Below, piece after piece: positions 1 through 9,854 of a stretch of 64,000 nucleotides of DNA (within the stretch, counting starts at the first letter, position 1; each line of letters begins with the position of its first letter). The stretch lies in contig OZ219746.1 of the NCBI GenBank assembly GCA_964291265.2, positions 324,064 through 388,063 on the forward strand, in the 5' to 3' direction. Below the pieces are notes generated by a model that was not told the DNA's origin, made no database searches, and worked only from the letters and a program-made list of their open reading frames with translations. This DNA comes from Alphaproteobacteria bacterium. Lineage in GTDB: Bacteria; Pseudomonadota; Alphaproteobacteria; SP197. A program made the translations under genes and the position numbers.

Positions 1-3000
1 GGTCACCAGTACATTGCCCCCGATTTTCTGAAAAAGCCCGTGTTACGGGGATGGCTTGCGGAGGAGTCCGTCGCTAAGGACCTTAAGATGATTGCGACGT
101 GGCGTATAATGGACAGTGCTCAAGATGAGGCCGTCCCTCGCGATCGCCTCGCCCAAAGCTACTCGCACCGAACCGGAGAAGTCCCCTACCTGGCTGCCAG
201 ACCTATCGATGTGGTGGTAGCCGTCCTGGTTGCGGGCTACTTTGGAGCGAGTCGATCCGATGATCGAGCGATTACGGGCATCATGCAAACCGGATTTTTG
301 CAGATCAGTGAACGCCTAGATCAGCTAGGCCAAGCCTTACCGCTGACCACCGATCCAGTCACCTGCAAAGCGCATACGCAAGATGCAGAGAAGCGGCTCG
401 CACAAATCCTCTCTCTTCGCGGCATCAATCCTGCAAGAGCGCGACACGACACTCAAGAACTGCTAAAGCGACTTGACTCTGGTGACCTGTCCGCCGCCGC
501 AGCAAAGATCAAGCATGACGTTCGTTACTGGACGGCAAGGTTGAGTGCGAGTGATGTCAAAACACTCGAGATTGCCAAAGAGCTCAGGGTGCAGATCAAC
601 AACGATGACCCGGACAGGGATCTGTCCATCATCGATGCACTGATATGCGAGACGCAGGACAACCCCGATGAAGCCGTCCGACTTCTTCGCGACCGTGACG
701 ACCCTGATTCTCGAGCCGTTTTTTTCGGCCTGCTTGCCCGATCACGTGACGCCGGCGCCGCACTGGCCGAATTTGCGGAAAGAATGGTTACCGCACATGC
801 CGAGTTCTTTACCTCTATTGGATGGAGGAACTGGGCCCATTGCATGATCAAGGTGGGTCGATGGATGGAAGCAGCGGAGGTTCTCGTTCGGATCGGCGAC
901 AAGAAGTCCGATTCCCCGATGTTGGCTCTTATTGAAGGAATCATCAACGCGCAGTTGCTGCTTCCCACGGAGTTGCGAAACGCTACTGGAGACCTTCCGA
1001 TATCTGCCGGCATCAGACCAATGCAGGGAGAGGATGCAGAGAACATTCATGCGCGAGCAGCGGCCTGCCTTGAAATGGCTCAGGCTGGATTTGGGGAGCT
1101 TGAAGCCAGCGCTCTCGAGCGATATGTGGCTTTCTGGCGTCAATGGCTCCGGTTGATGGATCCGAAGGATGAGAACGCAAGAGTTGCTCGGGAGCAAGTT
1201 CGACAAGATCTCGACCGTGACGAACCGGACATCAGGGCGGTACCGCTCGCATGGGCATTTGAAATTTCATTCAATCGGGAGCCGATACGACGCTACCTGT
1301 CTGGTCGAGAGAAACTCGGTGGGTTGGACGACGATGAGCTTCGGGCTCAGTGCCTTCTGTTGTTGATTGACATGGACTCCGGAGCCTTGAGTGGCCGGAA
1401 CTTCCTGCGTTATCTGAATGCACATCGGAAGAGGCTTGATCGCGTGATGTCGAACGGCCTCCTCAAGTCCGCGAATATCAGGGCTCTGGTAGTGGACAAT
1501 CAGACGGCGAGAGCTCGCAAGCGTTTGGAGGAGATGCGCGGTGACCTTGACGACGAGGGAGTAAGGCGTCTTTCTGCGATGATCGATTCTCACGCGGGTC
1601 TCGACCCTCGACAGAAGCTTGAAAGGGCATACCAAGAGACTGGAAGCATCACAGATCTTCGCAATCTTGTTGAGTGTGTGAGGAATGCGGATGACAACGA
1701 GGCTCTCCTACCTCTTCTCCGGGAGTTGGTGGGGCGACACCGGACCGTCGCGAATGTGACGGACTTGGCGGTTTGCCTGAGCGGTCGACCTTTCTCGGAT
1801 CACCGTCAGATAGTCGAACTTCTCGATTCCAACGAGGCCTACGCGGATCTTGTCGAACAAAGCGTCGACCTCAAGGTTGTAAAGGCGTGGGCGCTCTTTC
1901 ACTCCGGTCAGTTGTCGAAAGCCAAGGTACATAGCGACGAGATCTTGAACAATCGGTCTTCAGTGAACATGAACTTGTCTGAAGCGAGCGTGATTGGCCT
2001 CGACATCAACATCGCATTGGCATCCGGTGACTGGGAGCGTCTCCCGGCAATCGTCGAGCGTGAATGGCCAAGGCGAGATGAGCACACCGCCAATACGCTA
2101 CTTGGTCTGGCCCAGATTTCACCTCGTCAAGGCAAGAACCCAGACCGGGCGCTGATGCTTGCCAGGCTGGCCGCAGAAAAGGCCCCCGATGACCCGCACG
2201 TCCTGGCAGCGTCGTATTGGTTGCATTTCCAGCATGGTCGAGACGGAGACGCTGATCGGGATTGGTTGTCACGCGCCTTGGAGCTCTCGTCGGACGAAGA
2301 TGGGCCCGTGTGGTCCGTTGATCTGCAAACAGTTGCTACCAACTGGATGCCCACGCGTCGGGAACGACTGGCCGAAATCAGGAAGCAATGGCTGGCTGGT
2401 GAGATCCCGACTGGATTGGCTGCGTCTCTATGGGACGTCTCCCTGACACGCCTCCTTGTACAAATTCCCGAGACCAACGCAGATGAGCCCGATCGACGCC
2501 TGACGGAAGTCGTGCCGGTGGGTCTTGGCAAGCGGGCGGCCGTGGAACTGCAAACGGACTGGGCTATTGGGCTGGATATCACCTCCATTCTCGTCTTGCA
2601 CTACCTCGGTTTTTTGGAGTTTGTTTTCTGTGTGTTCAAGCGTGTCAAGCTCGCTTCTGACGTGATGCTGAGCCTGTTCCGGGAGCAGGACAGAGTCCGC
2701 TTCCATCAGCCATCGCGCATCAGAGACGGACAGCAGGTGCAGAATTTGTGCAACCTGCAGCGACTTCGCGTTGCTGATGGTATTGAGGCCCCACCCACAG
2801 ACGCTGTCGACGAGCTAGGGAGGGAGTTGGCTGAATTATTGCACGCAGCAAGACAAGGCGGCGGCAAGGTGGTTTGCGTCTTTCCAATCCACCAACCCAA
2901 GTCGATGATGGAGAAGGAAGCCGACACCACGGCGTGGAACGACCTCCTCGTTTCAGTGTTCGATCTGTGCAGGTTGCTGCATATGCGGGGCGATATCGAT

Positions 3001-6000
3001 GCCGACACACACGAGCGGGTTCAACTGTTTCTTCGAACCCAAGGCCAGGCAGCACGAGGGGATGCGGAAACGTCGATTCTGGACGGAGCGATCTATCTGG
3101 ACGATCTCGCTCTATCCTACCTTCAGAGTGCCAAGGTTCTGGACCAGGTTGCTACGTCCAACCTGGATCTCCGCATCCATTCCAGGGTTCTCGATCGCAT
3201 GGAGGCACTCGTCAGAGCGGGTCAATCGGGTGAAGACCTTGCAGTGAAGATAGACGAGATTCGTCATGTCCTACGCAGCGCAGTGGAGTCCGGAAGAGCA
3301 TCCTATCTGCCTCGCAGTGTGGATCAGGAGGAGTCGGTTCCGAATCGCGACGATCCGTTCGCCGCCACCCGATCGCTGTTGGCAGCCGCTGCTGAATGTG
3401 ACGCCCTCTGCGTCGATGACCGCTTCATCAACAGCAGTGAAAGCATCACAGTCACTGAGAAAGCGGAACGCACCATCCCCATTGTCTGTGTACTTGACGT
3501 ATTGGACTGCCTTGTCGAGCAAGCTCATCTCCGTCCGGTGCACCTTTGGACGGCACGGCACAAGCTGCGGTCTGGTGGATTTGTCTTCATTCCTTTGGAG
3601 GTGGACGAATTGGTCCATTGGCTGAAGACAGCCCCTGTGGAGAACGGACTGTGGATCGAGAGCGCTGAGCTTCGTGCCATTCGCCAGTCCATGGCACAGA
3701 CAAGTTCTGTGGGCTTGTTCAACCCCGATGAGACTTTTGTATTGTCCGATGAGGTAACCCAAACGAGCGTTTGCGCCCTTCGGTCATTGTGGAGAAATCA
3801 GTGCTTGGCCGTGGAGACCGTCGTCACGATGTCGACTTGGGTCTGGCGACACTTGATTGCCAACGCACCTGGTGGGCACGGAGATGACGAAGAGAAAAGA
3901 CGCAAGACTTGGACTCGAGAGTCAGTGCTACGGCGGGTCAGTGCGGTTCTTCTCCCACCAGGCATTGAATCGTCCGATCGCCGAGACAGCTTTGCCCGGT
4001 GGGTGGACGAGTCGGTTCTTCAACCTTTCCGGCCAGCAAATGTAAATCTGATCGACGATGCCCTGACTCTCATAGCTGATAGCATTCCGGATGAAGATTG
4101 TGAAGACTCAGTGTTTGTTAATTTTTTTCTTTCTCACTTGCCGGATTCTTGCCGACAGTATCTGCTGAAGAAGTATCCTGATCGAGCCCGTCGGTGGGGC
4201 TTCGAGACACGAACAGTGTTCGGTCTCGAAGCTGGGATCAAGATCCTTGATAAGGAGCTGTTTGCGGCTGCAAGGCATGTTTTGTCGGGGAAGGGGGAAC
4301 GATCGATACGATCCATCATGGGCGACGATATATTGGTTGATCTCGATCCGGGAGACTTGACCGTGGTCCTGGTGAACCCCGACACCGGGCCAGGAAACAG
4401 GGAGAAAATTCCGGATCTCTCGGTTTTTTCTCCTGATTCACAAACACGGGTAGCGGCACTGGGTTCCATGCTTGATCGTCTTGGGCCGACGGCACCTGAT
4501 TTCGGACGCCTTCTTGCCGACCTGGAATTGGGCGAGCCGGACGATTCTGAATTGACGGATGTCTTTCGTGAGGCTGCCGATGGTGTGGCAGCCTTGCAAG
4601 GTTCGTTGCTCAGGAAGATCTGTCCTGGTCAACCTCTCGACGTCGTTGACGTGGTTCCGGAAGACCTCGCTTATTACGAAAAATTCGTGGGGCCGCAGCC
4701 CGAATCGAGGGATCCCGATCAGTACATTTCCCGTACTCTGATCCCCTATCGCAGAGCACTTCTGGATCGAGACCTGAGCCGCGGCCTTGATATCTGCTGT
4801 GTTGGGGCCTTGCGCGAAGATCTTTGTCCTGGACAGTGGACGTTCCACATCGACGACAATGAGATGTGGGATGCTCTCAACGCCTGCGATGCTGACAAGA
4901 CGCCGGTTTCACTGCTGGGCGCTCTCGACGTGGCGCTGTATCGGCAGCACGACGATCGATTTCGGGACTATGCTGCACGAGCGATCATCAAGCTCTGCAG
5001 CGATGGGTTCGATCCGCAGCAGAGCACCGAATTCTACAAGCTTTTTTGGATATTTACATTTCTCACGTTCAATCGCGTAAGCCTCATCGAAAACGGTTCG
5101 AAGCAGCCTGGTTTCTGGAGACGGATGTGTGCGTGGATGCAGGCTCAGTTCATTGTCCGTGCCTTGTCAAGAGAATCTGTTTCAGTCGACTTGGACAAGC
5201 TGGAGGGTTGGGCCATGTCAAACATGGCGCTCGTGGGGGCTTATGCCGAGCTTGTCAGCGCTCGGGAAGAGCCGATGCTGTTGTTTGCGGAACGCCTGCC
5301 GCCCAGCGATTTACGTTGTGAAGTACTTGGTCGCCTTGTGGGGCTGAGGTCGCGCCACGCGAGCGAGGGAAGAAGCATTCCCCAGTCGGAAACAATCGAC
5401 CAGGCACTGGAACGGGCACAGGAGAGCGGGAATTGGCTGAAGTGCTTCTTTCCCGGGCCGCTGGAAGGCCACCGACGTCCTACTGAACCTGCATCGGAGC
5501 AGCTTGTGGGGACGTTGAAGGAATCGGTGCCGGATGGCTCCCTTCCTGCATCGTGGCACTTCATGGCGAACCTTTCGCATCTGCATGCGTTGGGCGAATG
5601 CGAACTTGGTGTCGCACGTGAGGCAGTGGTTCGAGTAGGCGACGGTTCCGACGAAGGGGAAATGAGGAATACCCTCCTCTCCTTGGAAGCCGCGAGTATG
5701 GTAGCGAAAACAAGCAGGGACACGTTGCTGGCGGACGCGATCGCAGATGCGGTTGCAAGCATCGCCAGGAGGGTTTCGAACGAGAACGACATCTGGCTTA
5801 TTCTTGTAATCTGCTTGCAGGCTGCAGCTGCCTTCGAAGAACACGATGCGTGGTTTGATTGGCTGGAAGAAAGACTGGCGAGAATTGCAAGCTCTCTTCC
5901 TGGTCCCCCCAACCGATCCGTTCCGATGTTCCTGGAGCATCTCGACGCGATGGAAACGATCCTGCCCATCGGCTCCTGGTTTCATCGCCGGGCGAGATCC

Positions 6001-6033
6001 ATAGCATCGATGGGTACTGTGCGCCGGCCGTAG
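1..6033 (+). CDS. Very large (>2010 aa) helical-repeat (TPR-like) protein with tandem PIN-like segments; putative defence/conflict protein, 5'-truncated by window edge
   Basis: Frame +1 is open from base 1 (GHQYIAPDFLKKPV...). Long Ala/Leu/Arg/Glu helical region, then PIN-like motifs IGLDITS (~2575), IYLDD (~3091) and ALCVDDRF (~3403). Composition looks less GC-rich than the flanking core genes. Confidence 0.6.
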   Translation, partial: GHQYIAPDFLKKPVLRGWLAEESVAKDLKMIATWRIMDSAQDEAVPRDRLAQSYSHRTGEVPYLAARPIDVVVAVLVAGYFGASRSDDRAITGIMQTGFLQISERLDQLGQALPLTTDPVTCKAHTQDAEKRLAQILSLRGINPARARHDTQELLKRLDSGDLSAAAAKIKHDVRYWTARLSASDVKTLEIAKELRVQINNDDPDRDLSIIDALICETQDNPDEAVRLLRDRDDPDSRAVFFGLLARSRDAGAALAEFAERMVTAHAEFFTSIGWRNWAHCMIKVGRWMEAAEVLVRIGDKKSDSPMLALIEGIINAQLLLPTELRNATGDLPISAGIRPMQGEDAENIHARAAACLEMAQAGFGELEASALERYVAFWRQWLRLMDPKDENARVAREQVRQDLDRDEPDIRAVPLAWAFEISFNREPIRRYLSGREKLGGLDDDELRAQCLLLLIDMDSGALSGRNFLRYLNAHRKRLDRVMSNGLLKSANIRALVVDNQTARARKRLEEMRGDLDDEGVRRLSAMIDSHAGLDPRQKLERAYQETGSITDLRNLVECVRNADDNEALLPLLRELVGRHRTVANVTDLAVCLSGRPFSDHRQIVELLDSNEAYADLVEQSVDLKVVKAWALFHSGQLSKAKVHSDEILNNRSSVNMNLSEASVIGLDINIALASGDWERLPAIVEREWPRRDEHTANTLLGLAQISPRQGKNPDRALMLARLAAEKAPDDPHVLAASYWLHFQHGRDGDADRDWLSRALELSSDEDGPVWSVDLQTVATNWMPTRRERLAEIRKQWLAGEIPTGLAASLWDVSLTRLLVQIPETNADEPDRRLTEVVPVGLGKRAAVELQTDWAIGLDITSILVLHYLGFLEFVFCVFKRVKLASDVMLSLFREQDRVRFHQPSRIRDGQQVQNLCNLQRLRVADGIEAPPTDAVDELGRELAELLHAARQGGGKVVCVFPIHQPKSMMEKEADTTAWNDLLVSVFDLCRLLHMRGDIDADTHERVQLFLRTQGQAARGDAETSILDGAIYLDDLALSYLQSAKVLDQVATSNLDLRIHSRVLDRMEALVRAGQSGEDLAVKIDEIRHVLRSAVESGRASYLPRSVDQEESVPNRDDPFAATRSLLAAAAECDALCVDDRFINSSESITVTEKAERTIPIVCVLDVLDCLVEQAHLRPVHLWTARHKLRSGGFVFIPLEVDELVHWLKTAPVENGLWIESAELRAIRQSMAQTSSVGLFNPDETFVLSDEVTQTSVCALRSLWRNQCLAVETVVTMSTWVWRHLIANAPGGHGDDEEKRRKTWTRESVLRRVSAVLLPPGIESSDRRDSFARWVDESVLQPFRPANVNLIDDALTLIADSIPDEDCEDSVFVNFFLSHLPDSCRQYLLKKYPDRARRWGFETRTVFGLEAGIKILDKELFAAARHVLSGKGERSIRSIMGDDILVDLDPGDLTVVLVNPDTGPGNREKIPDLSVFSPDSQTRVAALGSMLDRLGPTAPDFGRLLADLELGEPDDSELTDVFREAADGVAALQGSLLRKICPGQPLDVVDVVPEDLAYYEKFVGPQPESRDPDQYISRTLIPYRRALLDRDLSRGLDICCVGALREDLCPGQWTFHIDDNEMWDALNACDADKTPVSLLGALDVALYRQHDDRFRDYAARAIIKLCSDGFDPQQSTEFYKLFWIFTFLTFNRVSLIENGSKQPGFWRRMCAWMQAQFIVRALSRESVSVDLDKLEGWAMSNMALVGAYAELVSAREEPMLLFAERLPPSDLRCEVLGRLVGLRSRHASEGRSIPQSETIDQALERAQESGNWLKCFFPGPLEGHRRPTEPASEQLVGTLKESVPDGSLPASWHFMANLSHLHALGECELGVAREAVVRVGDGSDEGEMRNTLLSLEAASMVAKTSRDTLLADAIADAVASIARRVSNENDIWLILVICLQAAAAFEEHDAWFDWLEERLARIASSLPGPPNRSVPMFLEHLDAMETILPIGSWFHRRARSIASMGTVRRP

Positions 6034-6120
6034 ATTGCCCGGCTCCCGGTGGGCATCAGCGAGAAGTCAATTGACGCCCGGATCATGCAGTGAGCCGATG
6101 TGGGGGCACCTTCCCGGAAC

Positions 6121-7335
6121 CTACACGGTGGTGATCGTCCGTGGCAGTGTCGAGAGCACCTCGAGCCCGTTGTCGGTGACAAGGAAACTCTCGATCCAGG
6201 CGGCGCCGGAGCCGCCGGGCCAGTCTTCCCAGACATCGAACTGGTTCTCCAGGTTGAACACCTGGCCTGGCTCCAGGGTGCGGTCACCGAGGTTGTGGCG
6301 GGGCCTGAGCCAGTGGTTGCCGCACCAGTCCGGAGGCACGGCGATGCCGAGGGAGTAGCCGCCGACAAACCAGACCCATTGTCTCAGTCCGGCACGGTCG
6401 GTGTAGTCGTCCGCCACCTCCTGGACCTTCGTGACCGGGTCGCCGGGACGGCATGCCTCGACGACGGCATCCATGCAGCCGGCTGACGTCGTCATGAGCT
6501 GCGTCCAGCGTCGATCGGGTTCCCCCAGGGAGAACGTGCGGTTGAGGTTGACGTGGTAGCGGTGGAGGCAGCCGCAGAAATCGAGAAACACCAGGTCTCC
6601 ATAGCGGATGCGGCGGTGCTGCGCGGGACTGTGGTGGGTGCCGGCGCGCGGGCCCGAGGCCACCATGGTGCGGATTCCGGGGTAACCGCCGCCCGCCTTC
6701 ATCATGGTCGACGCGATGACGGCCTCGATCTCGGTCTCCATCACCCCCTCGGCAATGGCGTCACGGGCTGCGGCCATGGCCTCGTCGGCCATGGCGGCCG
6801 CCCGCTTCATCACGGCGACCTCCGCCGGCGACTTCACGAAGCGCAGTTCCTCGACGAGGAACGAGGCGTCCTCCACCACCGCTCCGCCGGCTTCGAGAGC
6901 ACCTTCGAGGGCGTGACTCGTCCGGCCGTGGGGGGCGTAGGCCCAGGGCTGAATGCCGACCCGTGCCGAGACGAGTCCGAATTCGGCCAGGGCGCCGGCG
7001 ATCTGGCGGCATTCGCTCTCCGTGGACCCGTGATCAAGCCAGCACACGTCACGGATTTCCGGCGTCGTGGAAACGATCGTCGTGTGGCCGCGGCCGTCAA
7101 AGAACAGTGTGTCGTCGCTTCCGGCGCGCACCATGAGTCCCGTCAGGCTCTCGAGGTGGTACCAGATCATGTCATAGCCGGTGAGCCACGTGAGATCGGC
7201 CGGGTTGGTGACGAAGAGGGCATCGAGACCGGCCTCGGTCATCGCCTGCCTCGTGCGCTGCCGACGCCGAGCGTACTCCTCGCCGGTGAAGGGCTGCTCC
7301 CAGTCGATCTGGTCGCGCAGGTAGGTCTGGATCAT
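6121..7335 (-). CDS. M24 family hydrolase, creatinase/ectoine-hydrolase-like (Xaa-Pro peptidase fold)
   Basis: FTGEEYARR N-terminus, LRFVKSPAE, GTHHS, GYSLGIAVPPDW, IESFLVTDNGLEVLS. Confidence 0.85.
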   Translation of the reverse strand: MIQTYLRDQIDWEQPFTGEEYARRRQRTRQAMTEAGLDALFVTNPADLTWLTGYDMIWYHLESLTGLMVRAGSDDTLFFDGRGHTTIVSTTPEIRDVCWLDHGSTESECRQIAGALAEFGLVSARVGIQPWAYAPHGRTSHALEGALEAGGAVVEDASFLVEELRFVKSPAEVAVMKRAAAMADEAMAAARDAIAEGVMETEIEAVIASTMMKAGGGYPGIRTMVASGPRAGTHHSPAQHRRIRYGDLVFLDFCGCLHRYHVNLNRTFSLGEPDRRWTQLMTTSAGCMDAVVEACRPGDPVTKVQEVADDYTDRAGLRQWVWFVGGYSLGIAVPPDWCGNHWLRPRHNLGDRTLEPGQVFNLENQFDVWEDWPGGSGAAWIESFLVTDNGLEVLSTLPRTITTV

Positions 7336-7379
7336 GGTGTTCTTCCCGGTGCTGCCGGCAATGGTCGGCGGTGGAGGGG

Positions 7380-8216
7380 TCAGTCGGAGCGCCAGCCCCA
7401 CATGGCGCCGCCCTTCATGGCTCTCAAGGGCACGCGGCCGTGGTCGCTCGGATAATGCCCGAGCAAGCCGTCGTGCACATTGTAGCCCATGAGTTGCTGA
7501 AGGTGCTCCGGCAAGGCGGCGGCGGTTTCGCGGGGAACGGAAAGGAAGTGATTGACCTCCTGGCGCAGCCAGCCGAGGCAGTAGGTGTTGATGAGTCCGG
7601 CACGGGGTCGGCGGTCCCGGTTGGCTCCGCCACCGTGCCATGCTGATCCGAGATAGAAGAGCGCCGATCCCTTCGGCATGTCGGCCGACACCACCCCATC
7701 ATCAGGCCCGGGCGATCGCGACGGCGGCCAGCGATGGCTCTTCGGAACGAGCCGGGTGGCCCCGTTGACGTCGGTGAACGCCTCAAGGGCCCACATGACC
7801 GAGACCTGCCACTCGACGCCGGGGACCTGCACGGGGTAGATCGTGTCGTCGCGGTGGAGAACCTGCCCGGTTTCGCCTGGATGGATCTCGATGGCCGTGC
7901 AACTGCCGATGAGATAGGAGGTGCAGTGGTCAAGGAGAATGGCGTCGAGCACACGCATCATGCCGCGGTGACCGATCATGCCGGCGGATGCCGGCGAGAT
8001 GTCGAGAACCGAATTGACGCGCAGGGTGGTGTAGCCGTTGAAATCGCTCACGGTGGACCGGCCCACCCGGTCAAAGGGCTCCCTGAGGTCGCTTCGCACC
8101 TCGTCGGCCATGGCATCGTCGACATAGTGCTCGACGATGGCCGCACCATCGCGCCGGATCGCTCCAACGATGTCGGGAACCGGTGCATCGCTCCTGAACC
8201 GTTCGATCCCCGGCAT
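7380..8216 (-). CDS. Phytanoyl-CoA dioxygenase (PhyH) family Fe(II)/2OG dioxygenase
   Basis: HRDD...WHGGGAN facial triad, NGATRLVPKSH, LGWLRQE. Confidence 0.9.
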   Translation of the reverse strand: MPGIERFRSDAPVPDIVGAIRRDGAAIVEHYVDDAMADEVRSDLREPFDRVGRSTVSDFNGYTTLRVNSVLDISPASAGMIGHRGMMRVLDAILLDHCTSYLIGSCTAIEIHPGETGQVLHRDDTIYPVQVPGVEWQVSVMWALEAFTDVNGATRLVPKSHRWPPSRSPGPDDGVVSADMPKGSALFYLGSAWHGGGANRDRRPRAGLINTYCLGWLRQEVNHFLSVPRETAAALPEHLQQLMGYNVHDGLLGHYPSDHGRVPLRAMKGGAMWGWRSD

Positions 8217-8231
8217 GTGCCTCCCGTCACG

Positions 8232-8861
8232 TCATCGGCGAGGATACACAATGACGGAAAGAAACCTGACCGGCAACCGAATCAGTGTCTCGGGCCCGTG
8301 CGGGGCATCGGCATCGAAGAAGAGGGAATCGCCGACCTCCATGCGGTAGCTGCTTCCGGCATGGCGGTAGACCATGGCGCCCTCGACGACATAGAGGAAC
8401 TCCTGGCCGTCGTGCTGGAACAGGGGGAAAACCTCGGATTCGTGGGTCAGCGTGATCATGTAGGGTTCGACGGCGACTTCCTTGTGAACACCGTGTCCGA
8501 GCAGGGCGTACTGATGGCCGGCGCGCGTCCCGCGGCGTTCGATCTTGAGGCCCTCTCCCGCCCTGACATGACTGGCATCGCGCTGTTCCTCGAATCTCTG
8601 GAAGAGTGTGTTGAACGGAACGTTGAGGGCTCCGACCAGGCGCTGCAGGGTGCTCAGGGAAGGCGATGTATGGCCGTTCTCGATCTTCGAGAGCATGCCG
8701 GAGGATACTCCGGCCTGAGCCGCAAGTTCCGTCACGGTCATGTCGAGTCGACGCCGGTGGCGGCGGACCTGGTTGCCGATGGCAGCCTCGAGGTCACGGT
8801 CTCCCCGGGCCATGGCGTGGGGATCCTGGTCGAGGACCGCAGGAAGCTCATGGTCCGGCAT
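8232..8861 (-). CDS. XRE-family HTH regulator with C-terminal cupin domain
   Basis: ELAAQAGVSSGMLSKIENGHTSPSL HTH; HDGQEFLYV...GDSLFFDADAPH cupin. Confidence 0.9.
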   Translation of the reverse strand: MPDHELPAVLDQDPHAMARGDRDLEAAIGNQVRRHRRRLDMTVTELAAQAGVSSGMLSKIENGHTSPSLSTLQRLVGALNVPFNTLFQRFEEQRDASHVRAGEGLKIERRGTRAGHQYALLGHGVHKEVAVEPYMITLTHESEVFPLFQHDGQEFLYVVEGAMVYRHAGSSYRMEVGDSLFFDADAPHGPETLIRLPVRFLSVIVYPRR

Positions 8862-8872
8862 GGAATCGGATC

Positions 8873-9094
8873 CTACATCGTGTCGTCATCGAGGTGCCCG
8901 GCTCCGAGGATCACCGCCACGGGCCCCCTGCCGTCATGATGGACCAGGAAGTGGACGGCCATGCCGGGAGCAACGGCGCCCAGTCTGGCGCGGGTTGTTC
9001 CGTCGACATCGAACACCATGTCGCCACCGCCGTCGACCGGGCGCACGAAGCCGTAGGACCGTTCCGGCCTGAGCCAGACGATGTGACCATTCAT
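8873..9094 (-). CDS. Cold-shock-domain-like small protein (divergent)
   Basis: MNGHIVW...YGFVRP (RNP1-like) and GRGPVA C-terminal motif; 73 aa. Confidence 0.6.
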   Translation of the reverse strand: MNGHIVWLRPERSYGFVRPVDGGGDMVFDVDGTTRARLGAVAPGMAVHFLVHHDGRGPVAVILGAGHLDDDTM

Positions 9095-9155
9095 GACGGA
9101 GACACATGCCGGGGCGGCGTGCCGGGTGTCAAGAGGCAGGCTGTGCGGAAATCGC

Positions 9156-9183
9156 TTGCCCTTGGCGGCATTCTCGCTACACT
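9156..9183 (+). promoter_or_regulatory. Possible sigma70 promoter of the rimP operon
   Basis: TTGCCC-N16-TACACT upstream of rimP. Confidence 0.35.
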
Positions 9184-9316
9184 CTCCTCACCTCGGGGAC
9201 GTGATTCTCCGGAGTGACCGGGGTGTGGGCCAAGGGTGTCCGCGCGCATACTCGACCGAGAGTACTTGAACCAGGGAATGGAACGGCGTCGAGACGCCCA
9301 GGCGCGTCCCTGACGT

Positions 9317-9850
9317 GTGGCGATTGTGGAGGGCACGACACTGGAGGACAGGCTCGAAAGTCTGATCTCACCGACCGTGGTGAGCATCGGTTTCCGCCTT
9401 GTGCGGGTGAAGATGTTCAACCACCAGGGCAGGGTTCTGCAGGTCATGATCGAGCGCGCCGACGGCGACAGCGCGACCATCGACGACTGCGCCATGGTGA
9501 GTCGCCTCGTGGGTGCCCATCTCGATGCCGAGGATCCGGTTTCGGGATCCTATGACCTCGAGGTGAGCTCCACCGGCATTGACCGTCCTCTGGTACGCCG
9601 GGAAGATTTCAGCAGGTTTGCCGGGTTCGAGGCGACGGCGTTCATCGATCCGCCGCTCGACGGCAGAAGGAAGTTCGAGGGCCGACTCGCGGGCATGGCC
9701 GACGGCAACGTGCAGATGGAGCAGTCTCCCGGCTGTATCGTCAGTCTGCCGTTTGCCCATATCGTCGAAGCGAAACTTGTCCTCAACGACGAACTGATCA
9801 GGGGAACGGCGCAGCCGGCCGACGGACCGGTGCGGGTCGAGGCAGGATAG
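9317..9850 (+). CDS. rimP: Ribosome maturation factor RimP
   Basis: YDLEVSSTGIDRPL motif; immediately upstream of nusA. Confidence 0.95.
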   Translation: MAIVEGTTLEDRLESLISPTVVSIGFRLVRVKMFNHQGRVLQVMIERADGDSATIDDCAMVSRLVGAHLDAEDPVSGSYDLEVSSTGIDRPLVRREDFSRFAGFEATAFIDPPLDGRRKFEGRLAGMADGNVQMEQSPGCIVSLPFAHIVEAKLVLNDELIRGTAQPADGPVRVEAG

Positions 9851-9854
9851 GATC

